62,392 nt of DNA, filler included, from Choristocarpus tenellus KU-1152 (GCA_964200185.2; 14 parts of 14 records of this genome joined end to end with filler, not necessarily neighbours in it); one strand, 5' to 3'. Shown: positions 12,000 through 25,030, counted from the whole stretch's first letter. The notes: generated by a model not told the origin, from the letters alone. Translations and numbers: made by a program.

Positions 12000-12228
12000 T
12001 GGACCCTTTTGGGGGCAAAATGCAATGTTCCAATTTTGATGTAATTTTGGCTATCATGTTTGTTAGTAAGTGTTAATATCCATGTTCCAGACACACCTTT
12101 TCATAACGTATACATTTGACCTACTTCAAAACATTTCGGAGTAGGAAAATGTCATAGAAACCCGTGGGAAGCCAAGCCCCAAACGGACAAACAGGTCAAA
12201 ACTTGTATCCTCTAAGATACTTTCACTC
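12000..12228 (+). mobile_element. MITE family A, 5'-truncated
   Basis: Internal sequence and right TIR TCCTCTAAGATACTTTCACTC match family A. Confidence 0.85.
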
Positions 12229-12409
12229 AGATGCAATTCAAGTGCAGAAACTATGCTGTTTGCATGTTCCCAAGAGTGAGGGGGAAATGCAGCAGCCAAC
12301 TGTTTATGATATCGCAATGGGTCAAAGTATCTGGGCGGGGGGGGGGTGAGAGTTGAAGTATGAATACTTGTGTGGGAAAAATAATACTAATATTACAAAA
12401 CATACCCTA

Positions 12410-12440
<31 letters not shown>

Positions 12441-12447
12441 CTTCTTC
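12410..12447. repeat. (CTT)n microsatellite
   Basis: About 12 perfect units. Confidence 0.95.
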
Positions 12448-12588
12448 CTATTATTAGTAAGCGTGCCAAAACTACACGACGGGTTAGGNNNNNNNNNNNN
12501 NNNNNNNNNNNNNNNNNNNNNNNNNNNNNNNNTTAATTAATTAANNNNNNNNNNNNNNNNNNNNNNNNNNNNNNNNNNNNNNNNNNNN

Positions 12589-12649
<61 letters not shown>

Positions 12650-12730
12650 ATGAGCCTGTGCCTGAGCCATGAGCCTGTGCCTGAACGTGAGCCTGAACCT
12701 GAACCTGAGCCAGAGCCTGAGTCTGAGCCA
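12589..12730. repeat. (CTGAGC)n hexamer microsatellite
   Basis: Perfect then degenerate GAGCCT units at the contig start. Confidence 0.95.
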
Positions 12731-13074
12731 CAAGATTCTGCCTATGGACCTAGAGCAGTCATCACAACACTTGTCCCTGAAGGGGGCACGCCCATTGATT
12801 GGAGACCCCAAGATTCTTGCTCACAGAATGAGAAAAGCAATTGCTGTACCTGCCACTAGGGGAGCAGGACATTAGCAGGAGCAGTAACTAAGCCTCCACC
12901 TGAAAGGAAAGGAGGAGCTAGCCGTTGGGAGCCTGGGAGCACTCTCGCCCCTGGGACCATAAACTCATGGAAGAGAACACAGAAGGTCAGCGGAGGAGGC
13001 GGCCAAGGTACAACTGGTCAACGTACCGACCATATTACAACAAGATCCCCTACCAGAGACGAGATCAGGACCAA

Positions 13075-13185
13075 CAGAAGATGTTTAAATGTGGACTGAT
13101 CAAGCATATTAGTCCTTGTTCTTTTGAAGGAATATGCTACAACTGTGGAGGTAAAGGAAACCTTCAGATCGTTTGTCGCCAGAGG
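13075..13185 (+). mobile_element. Retrotransposon Gag zinc-knuckle relic
   Basis: Two degenerate CCHC knuckles: FKCGLIKH..PC and CYNCGGKGNLQIVC. Confidence 0.6.
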
Positions 13186-13549
13186 AGAGCGGACCAGGAT
13201 TGGAGCCAGAAAAGAAACCCAGAGGAAGCTTGTCAGTAAAGGGCTGCCTGCACAAGACTTGTAAGTCTGGGGAGTAAATAATATCTACTCCAGACCATCA
13301 AGAACCATCTTCTATATCAGAGGCACCCTGGGATAGTGGTGAACTTGTGGAGGAGACTGAGGACAACATTGACGGTGACAACGAGTTGGAGGAGACTAAG
13401 GAAAGCAATGATGGTGATACTTCCGCCAAAGCTGCTGTATTTTTTTAACATGCCCAATTTTTTTATGACTTGTTTGTCTGTTTTCCATTGAGACTACCCT
13501 TGTGATTGTTGTGAATGAAAAGTCTATTAGAGTGTTAGCGGATGAATTC

Positions 13550-14000
13550 CCTCCAGAACCCAAGACTGTAAGAGCAGCACGTAGCTCTCCCAAATGTGAT
13601 TTATGGGATCAAGTTAGAGCAGAAGAGATGTCTGGTTTGTTGTTGAATAGTGTTTGGAAGGAGGCCGTATTACCCCCTGGACGCTGGGCAATAGGCACTA
13701 AATGGATTCACAAGCGTAAGACTAACAAATTTGGTGAGGTAGTTAGATACAAGGCACATTAGGTAGCGAAAGGGTTTCGACAGGTTGAGGGTTTAGATTA
13801 CCAAGTTACCTTTGCACCAATACCATCCCCTGCGTCTTTGAAAATGGTTTTAGCATTAGCTGCAGACAAGGATTGGGAATTGAAGCATTGGGATGTGAAA
13901 TAAGCTTTTATCCAAGCAGACATTAGTGAAGAGATCTTTGTTCGTTTATGTGATGGATGTGGTATATAGTCTGGATAGATTATACGTTTAGCCAAGGCCA
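13550..14000 (+). mobile_element. Ty1/copia reverse transcriptase (RVT_2) relic
   Basis: EPKTVRAA..W...EEM..L..NSVW...LPPGRWAIGTKWIHKRK...GEVVRYKAH*VAKGFRQVEGLDYQVTFAP...WELKHWDVK*AFIQADISEEIFV, with in-frame stops. Confidence 0.93.
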
Positions 14001-14967
14001 GATTGGTGGCACAGGACTTCACTCAACGAGAATATGTACAAGACATTCAATTATGATAGGCTTCAAGCCTGGGGAAGCCTGGGGGAGTGAGTGCTACGTC
14101 CAACAGTGAAACAGCAAAAGGGGGCTGGTTCAAATTTTTAACCCTAAACTAAGCGAGGGGTCATCATGGGACACGATTGTACATCACTGTGTTGGTGCAT
14201 CTAAAGAAGCAAGTACAAGACTTCGTAGACACTGTGTTGACTAGATAAATGATGTATGTTTGAGTTCAAGCAATCAGTGTTCTTTTATTGCGTTGACAAG
14301 ATAAATGTGATGTGTGTGAGAATTGAACCAATCTGACATCTTTTACTTCCATTTTCATGGCAAGTGTGCAGAATGGAGAGTGTACACAATAAGATGTGTT
14401 TGAGAGTTCCAGCATATTTTCATTGCCTGCACTCTCATGGGGGAGTGCGCAAAATAGGACAATAGTGAGGTGTACCTTATTTTGTGTATGAGAGATGTAA
14501 CTAATGAGATAGTACGTCCGGATTATGAATTGGAATATGTATGGGTTTTTATTCTGCATTCAACTACTTTGACATAACCATGGACTTCTTATGTATGAGA
14601 CACAAATAATAATAAAAACAAGCAATGAGAAGACACCCTACAAAGGTCACTCTTCTAATTTCAACCATGTAATCACGTTCAGCAAAGGGGGTCGTGTGAG
14701 GCTTCACACCTTCTTATCTTCACTACTAACAAATAACATTACCTCCCAAGGCAATTTGCACAACCATAAACAGGTGGTTGGATGATATAGGGCTATGCCG
14801 AATTGGAATGTAAAGTGTACGAATGACGAGAAAGTAACTGCCTAGGCAACGTCTATACTATGGCGGTCAGAGACCACTCGTTTACGATTGGAGGTGTATG
14901 GTGCCTCCCTTAAACCACAGATACCATCATTCCAGTCCCTTCCTTCAAGTTAGGAGGTGATGAGAGC

Positions 14968-15080
14968 ACTCCAAGACCATCCAAAGAGACGACAAAGCCA
15001 AGCAGAAGAAAATCCAGTAGATGGTTAAAGTGCTCCAAACCATCCAAGGAGACGATGAAACTAAGCAGAAGAACATCCAG
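14968..15080. repeat. ~63-bp tandem duplication
   Basis: CCATCCAARGAGACGAYRAARCYAAGCAGAAGAAMATCCAG occurs twice. Confidence 0.8.
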
Positions 15081-15479
15081 GCCATAGTAGGGAGCTACCA
15101 AGAATCCTAATTGCTGAGGTGAATACTGAGTATTATCTCCAGTTTAAAGAGACAAGGTAGGACCTTCATGTTACATTACACTCCAAAGATTACCTCCACG
15201 GGATGTGTAGGTCCAATCCACAGGCCTATAGATGACACTGATGCTCGTACAAGCCTCCCAGGATACTCCGACAGCCAACAGGTCCAATAAGCTTAACGAA
15301 CGTCAGGTCAGTAGAGCAAAGTACGTTTCTTAATCAATATCAGTATATTAGAATGTGGTATCACAATAGAAACGTGAAGAGGTGGCATTGATTATACGGC
15401 ACTCTATTGTTTCTTTTATCATCTACCGTTTATTTGTTCTGGTTTACAGACGTTGGAATACATATGAAAGTCGTTGCAT

Positions 15480-15730
15480 ACATTCCAAAGTTACATATCT
15501 TACCCTGCAACTTTTAGCAAATCAGAGTTCCTCTTTATGAAGTTCCCCACCCGTGTATACTACTCACGCTTGTTAGAGCGTGGGAAGAAATAGTTGCGAT
15601 ACTTACCTGTAACAGCATTGCATTCGACTTGGTCTTCTTCCAAGAGCACGGCGAACTTTTTAAGGTCTGCCGACTCTTCTCTTTCTGGTGAGATTGATAC
15701 AACGGGTGAGCGAATGTGTACATGTTACGG
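15480..15730 (+). mobile_element. Highly decayed copia RT/RNase H junction
   Basis: Across frames VRAWEEI..RYL...LVFFQEHGELLRSADSSLSGEIDTT resembles ILRYL..GL.Y...L.GYADSD.AGDIDT. Confidence 0.4.
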
Positions 15731-15928
15731 CACGCTCCAGAAGCTTACCTCCACAGGACGTATAGCTCCAGTTCACAAGCCCATAGATTACGATGACTCA
15801 CGTACAGGACTCCTGATGCACAAGTCGTCAAGTATGCTGGATCACTTGGATTATTCCCTTCATAAGTATCGTCAGTATCATCTTAAAAAAGGAACTGGCA
15901 CCGATTTACCATCTAGGGGTATGATAAT

Positions 15929-16017
15929 GAGCCAAAGTGTCTTAGAGGGTAGGGCCGCGTCCATTTGGGGACCAAAATCCAATGTTGCGATTTGATGTAA
16001 TTTTGTCTATCTTATTT
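15929..16017 (+). mobile_element. MITE family A, left part (cut by contig end)
   Basis: GAGCCAAAGTGTCTTAGAGGGTAGGGCCGCGTCCATTTGGGG. Confidence 0.88.
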
Positions 16018-16319
16018 NNNNNNNNNNNNNNNNNNNNNNNNNNNNNNNNNNNNNNNNNNNNTTAATTAATTAANNNNNNNNNNNNNNNNNNNNNNNNNNN
16101 NNNNNNNNNNNNNNNNNCCTCCCGCAACTTTAGACCATCTAAATAGAATAGTTTGAATATATCTCCTGGTAAAAGAGCAAAAAATACATTTTCATTAAAA
16201 AAAAAAACTCCCCAGGAAAGGTTGTCGCTGAAACTATACCAGTGTGAGCAGCTCAAAACTAGACATACTTTTTACTGTAACGCCCACGAAGCAATGGGAA
16301 ACCTTTTCTACTCTTTACA

Positions 16320-16749
16320 CTACCAGAAGAATTACACCAACCGGTAACAGAAGCCCCAGCCATGGGCAACACCTCAGCCCCTTCACTTCCACTCCGTTTT
16401 CGAGTATCGGAAGTCCCTTCCAATCCAGACCCGGAGTGTAATGGCACTCTTGTCCCTTCCCCTCCTATACCCCATCCCTTCCCATCAACCACAGAGCTTG
16501 ATGATAACTCATCAGCTCCCTCACTCATACTCCGTTGCCGAGTAAGAACAGCACCCGCTGGGCCTACCCAAGCCCCTATTTCAGTAGCCTTGGTGTGGTG
16601 CACAATGTTGGGCTCAGTTCTTATTCTATCACACGATGATGTTGTTCCTGTCTCCTCTGGGTCATGCCCACCCCCACCTTGCAGCAGACTGTCTTTGTCT
16701 GCTCTTCTGTTACTGCCATTGACATACTCATCGACACCATCCATGGGGC
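16320..16749 (-). CDS. Probable internal exon of an unknown low-complexity (G/S/E-rich) host protein
   Basis: Open for more than 140 codons and preceded by a TTGACAG acceptor. The donor position is uncertain and no domain was recognised. Confidence 0.4.
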
Positions 16750-17179
16750 TGTCAATTCAGATACCGTAATATACATTTTAGCATGTGAGATTTTAGTGGG
16801 TAAGGGGATGTTGCAGGTCGAGCAAATCCAATCGAATTAATTTGGCATGAAGGTGAGCACACTCTAGTATAAAGTGTCCCTTTTTTTACTTGGAATGGAT
16901 GATCGGAGGGGAAGATATGAAATATATTGCATGTGTAAGATTACATCGTCACGGATAGACACTCAACACAACCATAGACAGAGGTACCAAGGGACACAGA
17001 CTCAGACACACACACATGGAACACACAGTATTTCACACTCCCAATTGCTGATGAGTTGTCATGCCTCAATCACAACATTGATTCACAAGAAAGAACCCTC
17101 TATTTTGAGAAGTCCTGGTACTACAAAGTACCTGACAAATATGGTGAGTTACGGAGTAATATCACTCCTCCCCAAATGA

Positions 17180-18400
17180 ACCCAGTAACTGCATAGTCTA
17201 AAGTCCAAGTTCATACCACTGATGCAAAGTCATGAAGTCTCATACCTGAAGCTACTCCTCACAATAGAGTGCCTCAACATGTCTCTCATGGACTTGGGCT
17301 TGCCACTACCTGGCAAGCTTGAGGCCAGGAAATCAAGACTCTTATAGATGAGGGTGCCCAGCACCAGCACAAGCGGGCCTGCAAAGACACCCTGAGCACA
17401 AAATTGTGTGGGAAAACAGGTGGGAGTAGAGGAGTTGATGGGTTCTCACTTTTGTGCCTGCCACCTTCAGGTATCTGAACTGGCAGGTCAGAATGCTGAC
17501 AACTGCACTACAAGGCATGTGCTTTGCTTTGGCACTGATCAATAAACCTGGCAAGTGCAGGTAGAAGATGGACAGACATACACAGCAGAAGTTGTGGCAT
17601 TTGTTGCACCCTAAGGAGTACAACCTACTCGAAAACACAAAACATGGCACTGAGAAGAACCAAACTGTTGCCGATAGTTTACCAGAGCACTTTGGTCCTC
17701 TACTCTATCGTCTTGAAAAAACAACTACACTCCCTCCTTCGGATTTGCACTTGCTGGCAAAGATAACGAGATGGGATGAAACTACACAATGTAAAATGGC
17801 ATGTTTTTCAGTTTGTTGAACTGAAATACGAGCAACCTCTCATTAAAATCAAGTCTAAAAGAGCAAGGCCTTTCGAACTCAATATTCCCCCACAGAGCAA
17901 TATATCAACAAAACACGCAACAGTGGCATCATCTGCACAAAAAATTCGAGATTGCAGTTCATCATTCTTAGCAAAAGGCGTCAAGTTTTCCTGTTTTTCA
18001 CTTTGTGCACACCTGCCCTGTTGCAAGCAGTATTTAGTACGGTCGAGGAAACCGACATAGGAAGGTGTACCTTTTACACTTTACCAACACCTTTTGAAGC
18101 ACAAGTAATAATAGCATGAGCAACACATGGTGTTCTTGTACCCGTACACCAACTGACCTAACAGTTGTTCACACTGTTGAAAATTGGAAAAATATTTTTC
18201 GTCTAGAGTTCCTGTAGAGAACCAAATTAGTTCTGAGCAGCTTCCGAGGTGATGATGTTCGACATACTTCATAACCTGCCCATCTCTTATCAAGTGCCAT
18301 CCGTCTCCATCCTGACAGCAATCCTTGCTTTTTACATGATACTACGCCAACTTGAGTGGTGGAGGTGAAGGCTCGGACCACAAACATTGAAATGTTGCGA
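17180..18400 (-). mobile_element. Highly decayed Ty1/copia RT-RNase H relic
   Basis: QLLGQLVYGYKN (like LKKSLYGLKQ), FYLHLPGLLISAKAKHMPCSAV (like ISWKSKKQ..VALS) and a KHID.R.H.VRE-like segment, in the expected order. Confidence 0.4.
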
Positions 18401-19215
18401 TGCTGATAACAAATGAATTATGTACCGTGGTGTTGAACAAGGTTACGGCGCTATCATTAGAAATTGTTTGAAGTACTCGCTATGTAGCACAGTATTGTGT
18501 GTCCTCAAACACACTCAAACTTCTAATTGGGTGGAAGTGTGAGGCATGACCAAAAATATACGCCTCAGCTATACCCTGGATCTGCGAGGCACGCTGGGTA
18601 ACAGACACCTTGGGTAATTTGTAACTTGAAACAAACCATATACCAGTCTGCCACCGAGACCAAGGGGCCCTGCTCAAAGCCAGTAGAAGACAACCTACCA
18701 TCGTAGATGTATCTGTTCACCACATTCACAGAACAAAAACTGAAATGTTTCCGAGTATGCCTAGCCCTTACTCTGACCCTACTTTGTACTGCCCATTTTT
18801 TTTTTTAACCAAACGGTGGGCATATAATCAAGAAAGGGGAGCAGATAGCCAATCGAATCCTTGATCTGAGCCAAAATCTTGGATTTAGGAGTGCAGTGCA
18901 CATGAGTCTAAGGAAACACTACTAAAAGAAATGCACCATAAGCTCTCCTCCTCACCTGAGCTCCAAACACAGCAAAGCCTGTGAAGATGCTGAGGACAGT
19001 CAGATATGTCAGAAATGCATTGGGTCCAGACACACCAGCGTTGATTATCCAAGTCTTCAAAACAGATATCACCGGGGTGGGTGGTATGGTGTGGGGAGGG
19101 GAGGGGAGGGGAGGGNNNNNNNNNNNNNNNNNNNNNNNNNNNNNNNNNNNNNNNNNNNNTTAATTAATTAANNNNNNNNNNNNNNNNNNNNNNNNNNNNN
19201 NNNNNNNNNNNNNNN

Positions 19216-19240
19216 CCCCCCTCCCCAGATACTTTGGGCC
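19216..19240. mobile_element. MITE family B terminal repeat at contig start
   Basis: CCCCCTCCCCAGATACTTTGGGCC. Confidence 0.75.
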
Positions 19241-19560
19241 AATGCTAGTGCTTTACTTCACTAGAGAACACAATACTATTACCCGTACGAGCTAGAGAGG
19301 CAGAAAGTTATGTCTTTTATTTTCTGGAACCTTTTTGGTATATTACTGGCGTCATCGCTGCAACCTTGAGTCCATGGCCCATATTTCTTTATTTATGTGA
19401 ATCACCAATGGAAGATGCCCTATTTGTTCCATAGGAGTATATTATTATTTTTATTAGTGCAAGTACTGGTATCACTGTATCAGTAGGGAGCTTTGCTTCA
19501 AAGTAGACTTATTTTGTCCGGAAGCAATGGCCAATGACCATGGCAGGATCTTTAATATCA

Positions 19561-19587
19561 GGTTAGGGTTAGGGTTAGGGTTAGGGT
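19561..19587 (+). repeat. Interstitial telomere-type (TTAGGG)n tract, one of many
   Basis: GGTTAGGGTTAGGGTTAGGGTTAGGG. Similar tracts occur near 19735, 19942, 20035, 20185, 21045, 22767, 24204, 24303, 45642, 50758 and 50996. Confidence 0.9.
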
Positions 19588-20528
19588 TGGGCCAGTTGTA
19601 ATTAATGAACCGAGGGTAATCGAGAAATTGGAAGGTAAGAATTTCACGAGACCTCTCATTGGTTCAAATTTTTTTGATTCCATCCAAGTTGTGTAATCGA
19701 GTACCCTTCTCATATTTTTCCGCATTCACTCATTTTAGGGTTAGGGTTAGTGGTTGTATATATTACATGTATTATGTACCATATAGATGCATACATATTC
19801 CTAGCACAATGTGAATTTCATTTTTTTATTAATTCTTGCATATATATTTTTTAATGTCATACTCCTCTCATGGTGTACCCCAGGAGATACGTTCCCATCA
19901 ATCAACCCATAAACTGTCTGAGAAGTCTCAAGTTGTGAATCAACCCTAACCCTAACCCTAAACCTGACTCTGACTTCTGAAAATGTAAGAATTGTCAAGA
20001 CCCGGCCTTGAGTGTAGAGAGCATAGTGGAGAGTAGGGTTAGGGTTAGGTTAGGGTTATTTTTTTTGTCCCATGAACCACTCATTAATCCTCGCCTTCCA
20101 AGACTTTTATGGGTAGTTCTCAGAAATAGCTCGATCATGATTGGTGGGTGCGTTTTTTGGTGTTTGATTTTTATTTATTATCAGGGTTAGGGTTAAACGC
20201 GATCGGGTAAACATGATGGTGGATCAACTCAACATACACATACACATTCATACCTTTACACCCGTCACATTCCCTTCACTAGTCGACAGATAAGTAACAT
20301 TGGGGCATATGTTGTTGGGGAAATTTTCTACAACTTGAGTACACCTTTCCCCCTGACATACATAAAACAAAGAATTGTTTCTATGCAGTGATTGCCGCAT
20401 CTATTAGAATTACATGTTAGAAGTGGTTTAAACAAGCAGTAAATTTCTAGTAGAAAATGGCAACTTTGGTGATTCTGAAACCGTCAACTGTTTCATACTT
20501 TGTCAAAGACTCACACGGTCTTCTGCAG

Positions 20529-21965
20529 ATGAGGGGGATGGCTGCCGTGTGTCTGCAGGGTACTGTTCCTGAGATATGGAGACATGCTGGAGATAGAGAT
20601 AGAGGGACAACCCCACAGTCCAATGGCAGCAATGCCAGTTCCAACTCAGGTTATGTAAGGTCAGGAGGAGTATCGAACATTCTTCAAGCACAGTCAACAA
20701 CAGAGGCTGGAGAAGGGATAGGGGAAGGGGGAGGAGGGAGTCCATTGCCCACAAAGAGAGGGGTGGGTGTATTGACAGAAACAAATGTTGCTGGTTGGCA
20801 GGGGCTATGAGAGGAAGGGGAGGGGATGGGGGGGAGAAAGGTCGCTGGATCTGGAGTGGAATCTGCGGCTGAGCTTGGTAGGGGGAGGGGGAGGGAGGGG
20901 GGGGGGGGCACTTTTGATTGAACTGGAGCAAAAAGAGGCCGAGGTATGAAAGGTTTTACTTTTTGTATTCAAGTGGTATGTGTGTGCTCCTAGCATAAAT
21001 TGCCATAGAGGAGTTATTGGGGTCAGTATTCAAGTGAATGAATCAGGGTTAGGGTTAGGGTATGCTGGGATGGTAGCAAGAGGACTGTCTACAGAGAGAG
21101 AGTAAGATATTAATAATATCCTGTGTATGTGTTGGTTAAAGTCAATGAGATGCATTTGGTGTGGGTGTTGTGGTTAATCAAGATTAGAGTTGATGCTATG
21201 TGTTTATGATGTAGTTCACACGCCTGTATCCTCTTAGCTGTTGGTGTTCACGCTTTCCATGGGTATCATTGTGGCCTCCTCAAGGTGGGAGCAGAAGTGG
21301 CTGCTGTGTTGGCTGCTATCGCTACAGAGGATGAGGCTAAGGTGTTAAGTGGAGTTGGCACTGATGAGATGAAAGAAATACATGGATGGATGGGCTGATG
21401 GGTTAATGTGAACACCGTAAGTAAAAACTGCAAGTGAAGTATGTTTTTCGTATCTGCTTTTTGTCGATGTCATTGAGTGTGTTGAGGTATTGGGGGGGGG
21501 GGGGTTAATGATGAAAAAAAACCCGTATATTTTAGTACATCTGAGTTGAGTGAGGTTTTTCTGTTGACTAGGGTATATCCTTTTTTTTGTTTATCTTTAT
21601 TGCCTCTATCCTATTGCATTGTCTCATGTATCGTACTGTTACTGGACCTTTGCTGGACAGGTGCAAGTTGTGTGGGTAATACCTGGGGCTGGAACCTCTC
21701 CATTGGGTACGCACCAGTAAAAATGGGACTCCCTTTATTCCTATCAGACGGGCCCATCGGTGTAGAACATCCCACTTCCCACAATACTACTAAGAGTGAC
21801 AATGCTACTTAAGAACAAGAGGTTCACTCAGGTGTTCAGGACAGTGGCCCCACTGCTACAGGAGGGGAAGGAAATGAGACTGACCAAGAAGTTTCCGTTA
21901 TGGTAGAGGAAGGAAGATGGAGGAGGATCAAGACCCACCGAGGATCAAGATCTACCGAGGATCAA
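20529..21965 (+). pseudogene. Possible exon-like segments of an unknown, disrupted host gene
   Basis: G-rich coding-like blocks follow YAG acceptors at about 20529, 21238 and 21661. They contain an in-frame TAA (21810) and an apparent frame change near 20805. Confidence 0.25.
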
Positions 21966-23599
21966 GCCACCTCGGGTATTTTGTTGCTCTGAGTGTTGTG
22001 TGTATATCTGTATTGCAGTTGTATACTATACAAGGTTGCTCTTGATGGGATAGGACACCTGGATCAAGGGGATTATTTGGGAGCAGGGGGGGGTAGGGGG
22101 TTGCACGAAGAGCAATAATTGGACCAATCAAATAATCTGTGAATTGTATTGAATCAACAGTGTTTTTAATGTCCTGTGACCATATCCGAGTTGGTCCATG
22201 ATGAGGGAGAGGGCAGGGGAGGGGGGGACTGGTTGGCCTTTTGTTTTCGGAGGTTTGTGCGTCTGCTAAGAGGTTCATAAGTGAGTGAATGCTGAGGGTT
22301 TGAGGCTGTATGTGCATGTTGAAACCCTTGCACATTGTGTCTTGGGTACTTGGTGCAGTTGGGACTTGGTACAGTAGACGGTATATTTTGTTTAAACTAT
22401 CGGGTGTACCGGCAATGTGCTCTACCCTTAGGGTGAAATATCAAATTGAGTGTTGAACAATTTTGCAATACTGCCCAGTTCCCTGATGATGTGTGAGGTA
22501 TTGACTAAGATGAAGCTATGTTACTCTTCTCATAGGACACAAGACTGTACTATTACTTTTTTCTCTCTGAAGCACACTATTTGTATAATTTGTTGGTATT
22601 ATTTTTATTTTTTTGGTTTGGTGTGTTTGTACAGTGTGAGTGGTCAACCGTTGTGGTACTACTCAACCACTTTGTAGAGTTAGCTAGTGGTAGGGTTAGA
22701 CCCAGGATAGGTTTTAATTCATTCCTGTGCAGGGCCTCTTTTGTATTGGTATGAGTATCGGTAGACAACCCTAACCCTAACCCCTAGAGGGATCAGTTTA
22801 TCCTTATATTTGTATTTATATAATCTAAGTCTAAGTATGTAATAATACATTAATTCTCTCTATATATCCCACTAGCAACCTTATCCCTGACTGCCATTTT
22901 ATTGTTTTATTGTTTTTTCCTTCTTGCTTGCAACGGCACCCTACATCTCCTCTTGGGTTTGCTAATAGCAGGGGGAGGCGATGTACGTAAACAGAATCAA
23001 GAAGGAGGTGACGTGTGTGATGTAATGTCTCAGGCTGCTGCTGGTCACCTCATGCTGNNNNNNNNNCGATCCTTCCTCTATCTAGTAGCTTGTGTGTTTG
23101 AGATTCTCAAGGGCTGAGTAGAAGTTGAAGGTAGGATTGTTGGTCATGGTAGTGTAGGTAACTGGTCTCTTGTACTGCTGGCAGTATCAACGGTGTATAG
23201 CACTTGACTATGTACGTGTACTGGAGTGATAGGTATTAGTGTATTGGTACCTTGGAGGTACCTTAGTGGTAAATAAACCGAGTGCTTGAAAGGCTGTTTG
23301 GATTCAGATTGGGCTGTTAGATTAGTAGTAGTAGCAGCAGTAGTACTAGTAGTACTAGTAATACTGTGAACTGTATTGATGAGGGCATTGAGTTATGTTA
23401 TCTGTACTTGCTCTAGTTTTGTGAATGTGTATTCTATGGTGGTAACATACTATCAAGTTTTGTGATGGTACAAATGTGTTTGTACTTATTCTGATCAATG
23501 TGGATTCTGCAGTGTTGTGGACTAAGGTTCAATTTAAGAGTGTTTGTTCTGCACTGCTGTGGTGGTGATACGTTTGGCTATTCTGTGTACTTGTGAGAT

Positions 23600-24886
23600 A
23601 AGTTTATGTCTGATGGTGCTATTCTGGTACTATGAATGTACCATGTTACAACAAAACCTGTCATAGTCGGCAGTGGAATAAAGTCTGATAAACTGTAAAA
23701 ATGGTATTCCATCTTTGATTTAATGTTGTTAACAACTATTTTAACCTTTCGAGGTTAGGACTAGGTGATAGTGTTCCCTTTGATCTTATGGCGTAGGTAC
23801 GCTGGTACTGGTACCACAATCCCTTTCACCAAGTCCTAGTCCCTTACCTGTTCCCGATACCCCTTCCTCTAGTCTGTGCGTTGTGTATTTTGTGTGGTCC
23901 TGTTCATCTGCCTGAGCTGTTTGAACTGCAGCGGTTTTGTATCAAGGAGAATAATGGAGAGGTTCATACCTTTTTTGACCACCAAGAGTCCTTCATGGAC
24001 ACATTCTTCAAGTTTGACAGGTGTGTTGATGACACATTAGACCAGTTTATATTATTGTATTTTTGAACCTGAGCTGGGCTTAGCTGAGGATACAGACAAG
24101 AGCATTGATTATCAAAAAAGTTTTGTTATCAGATGCCATAAAGTGTTGTCAACAGAGACGACCTTACAATTTTTATATTCTTTTTGATGCATCTAAGATA
24201 CTACCCTAACCCTAATGTATAGATGTACATGTATGATACTAATGAAGAAATCTCTCGAGACCTTTTTTGTCCTCAATGAACATGATAGTGTTTCTCTTCT
24301 ATCCCTAACCCTAATGTATAGATGTACATCTATGATACTAATGAAGAAATCTCTCGAGACCTTTTTTGTCCTCAATGAACATGATAGTGTTTCTCTTCTA
24401 TCCATTTTGTTCAGGATAGATGTAAATCCAACCCCATCTTTCTGGATCCTTATGTTTGGTGTTGCCAGTGGTATGTTTGTCACATGGATACCAATTTTCC
24501 TTAGTGTCCTTTTGTTATTTTATCAACTTACTTCTAGTTGAAAAATAGTAGTCAATTGTGAACTCTGTGGTCTTTAGTGTTTGTAACCCTAATCCTAACC
24601 AATTACACTTTCTTTTTGCTGACAAGGAAATTCCTTCACTTATCACTCTGGGGTTATTATCTCTTGGTAATGTCATATTGTGTATAATCTGATCATGTGA
24701 TGTAATTTTCCAGGTGTTTCGAGAGAGGGCCCGTTTAAGGACATCGATGATGTTAAAAAAACCTTTTGCAGCGAGTGCAGAAAGGTGTTGTCTGAATTGG
24801 AGGATATTAGTCAAGAATGTCCTTCAACTTCTGTTTCCGAGTCAGTGAAGGAACTGGTCACTTTGGTGGAGGAGGATTTGCTGTGT
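23600..24886 (-). mobile_element. Decayed LINE-like ORF2 C-terminal region
   Basis: IPLATPNIRIQKDGVGFTSIL resembles the P..GGLG motif downstream of non-LTR RTs. The frames are fragmented. Confidence 0.3.
24204..24403. repeat. 99-bp near-perfect tandem duplication headed by CCCTAACCCTAA
   Basis: Units start at 24204 and 24303 and are almost identical. Confidence 0.95.
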
Positions 24887-25030
24887 NNNNNNNNNNNNNN
24901 NNNNNNNNNNNNNNNNNNNNNNNNNNNNNNTTAATTAATTAANNNNNNNNNNNNNNNNNNNNNNNNNNNNNNNNNNNNNNNNNNNNATGCAATAGCCCAG
25001 CCCTGCACCAGGCACATTCTAGGCGCACGT

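Noticed and set aside
12533-12875. GS/RL/PE-repeat ORFs
   Set aside because: They are translations of a (CTGAGC)n microsatellite running into a gap.
19561-19587. True telomere
   Set aside because: The tracts are short, internal and in both orientations.
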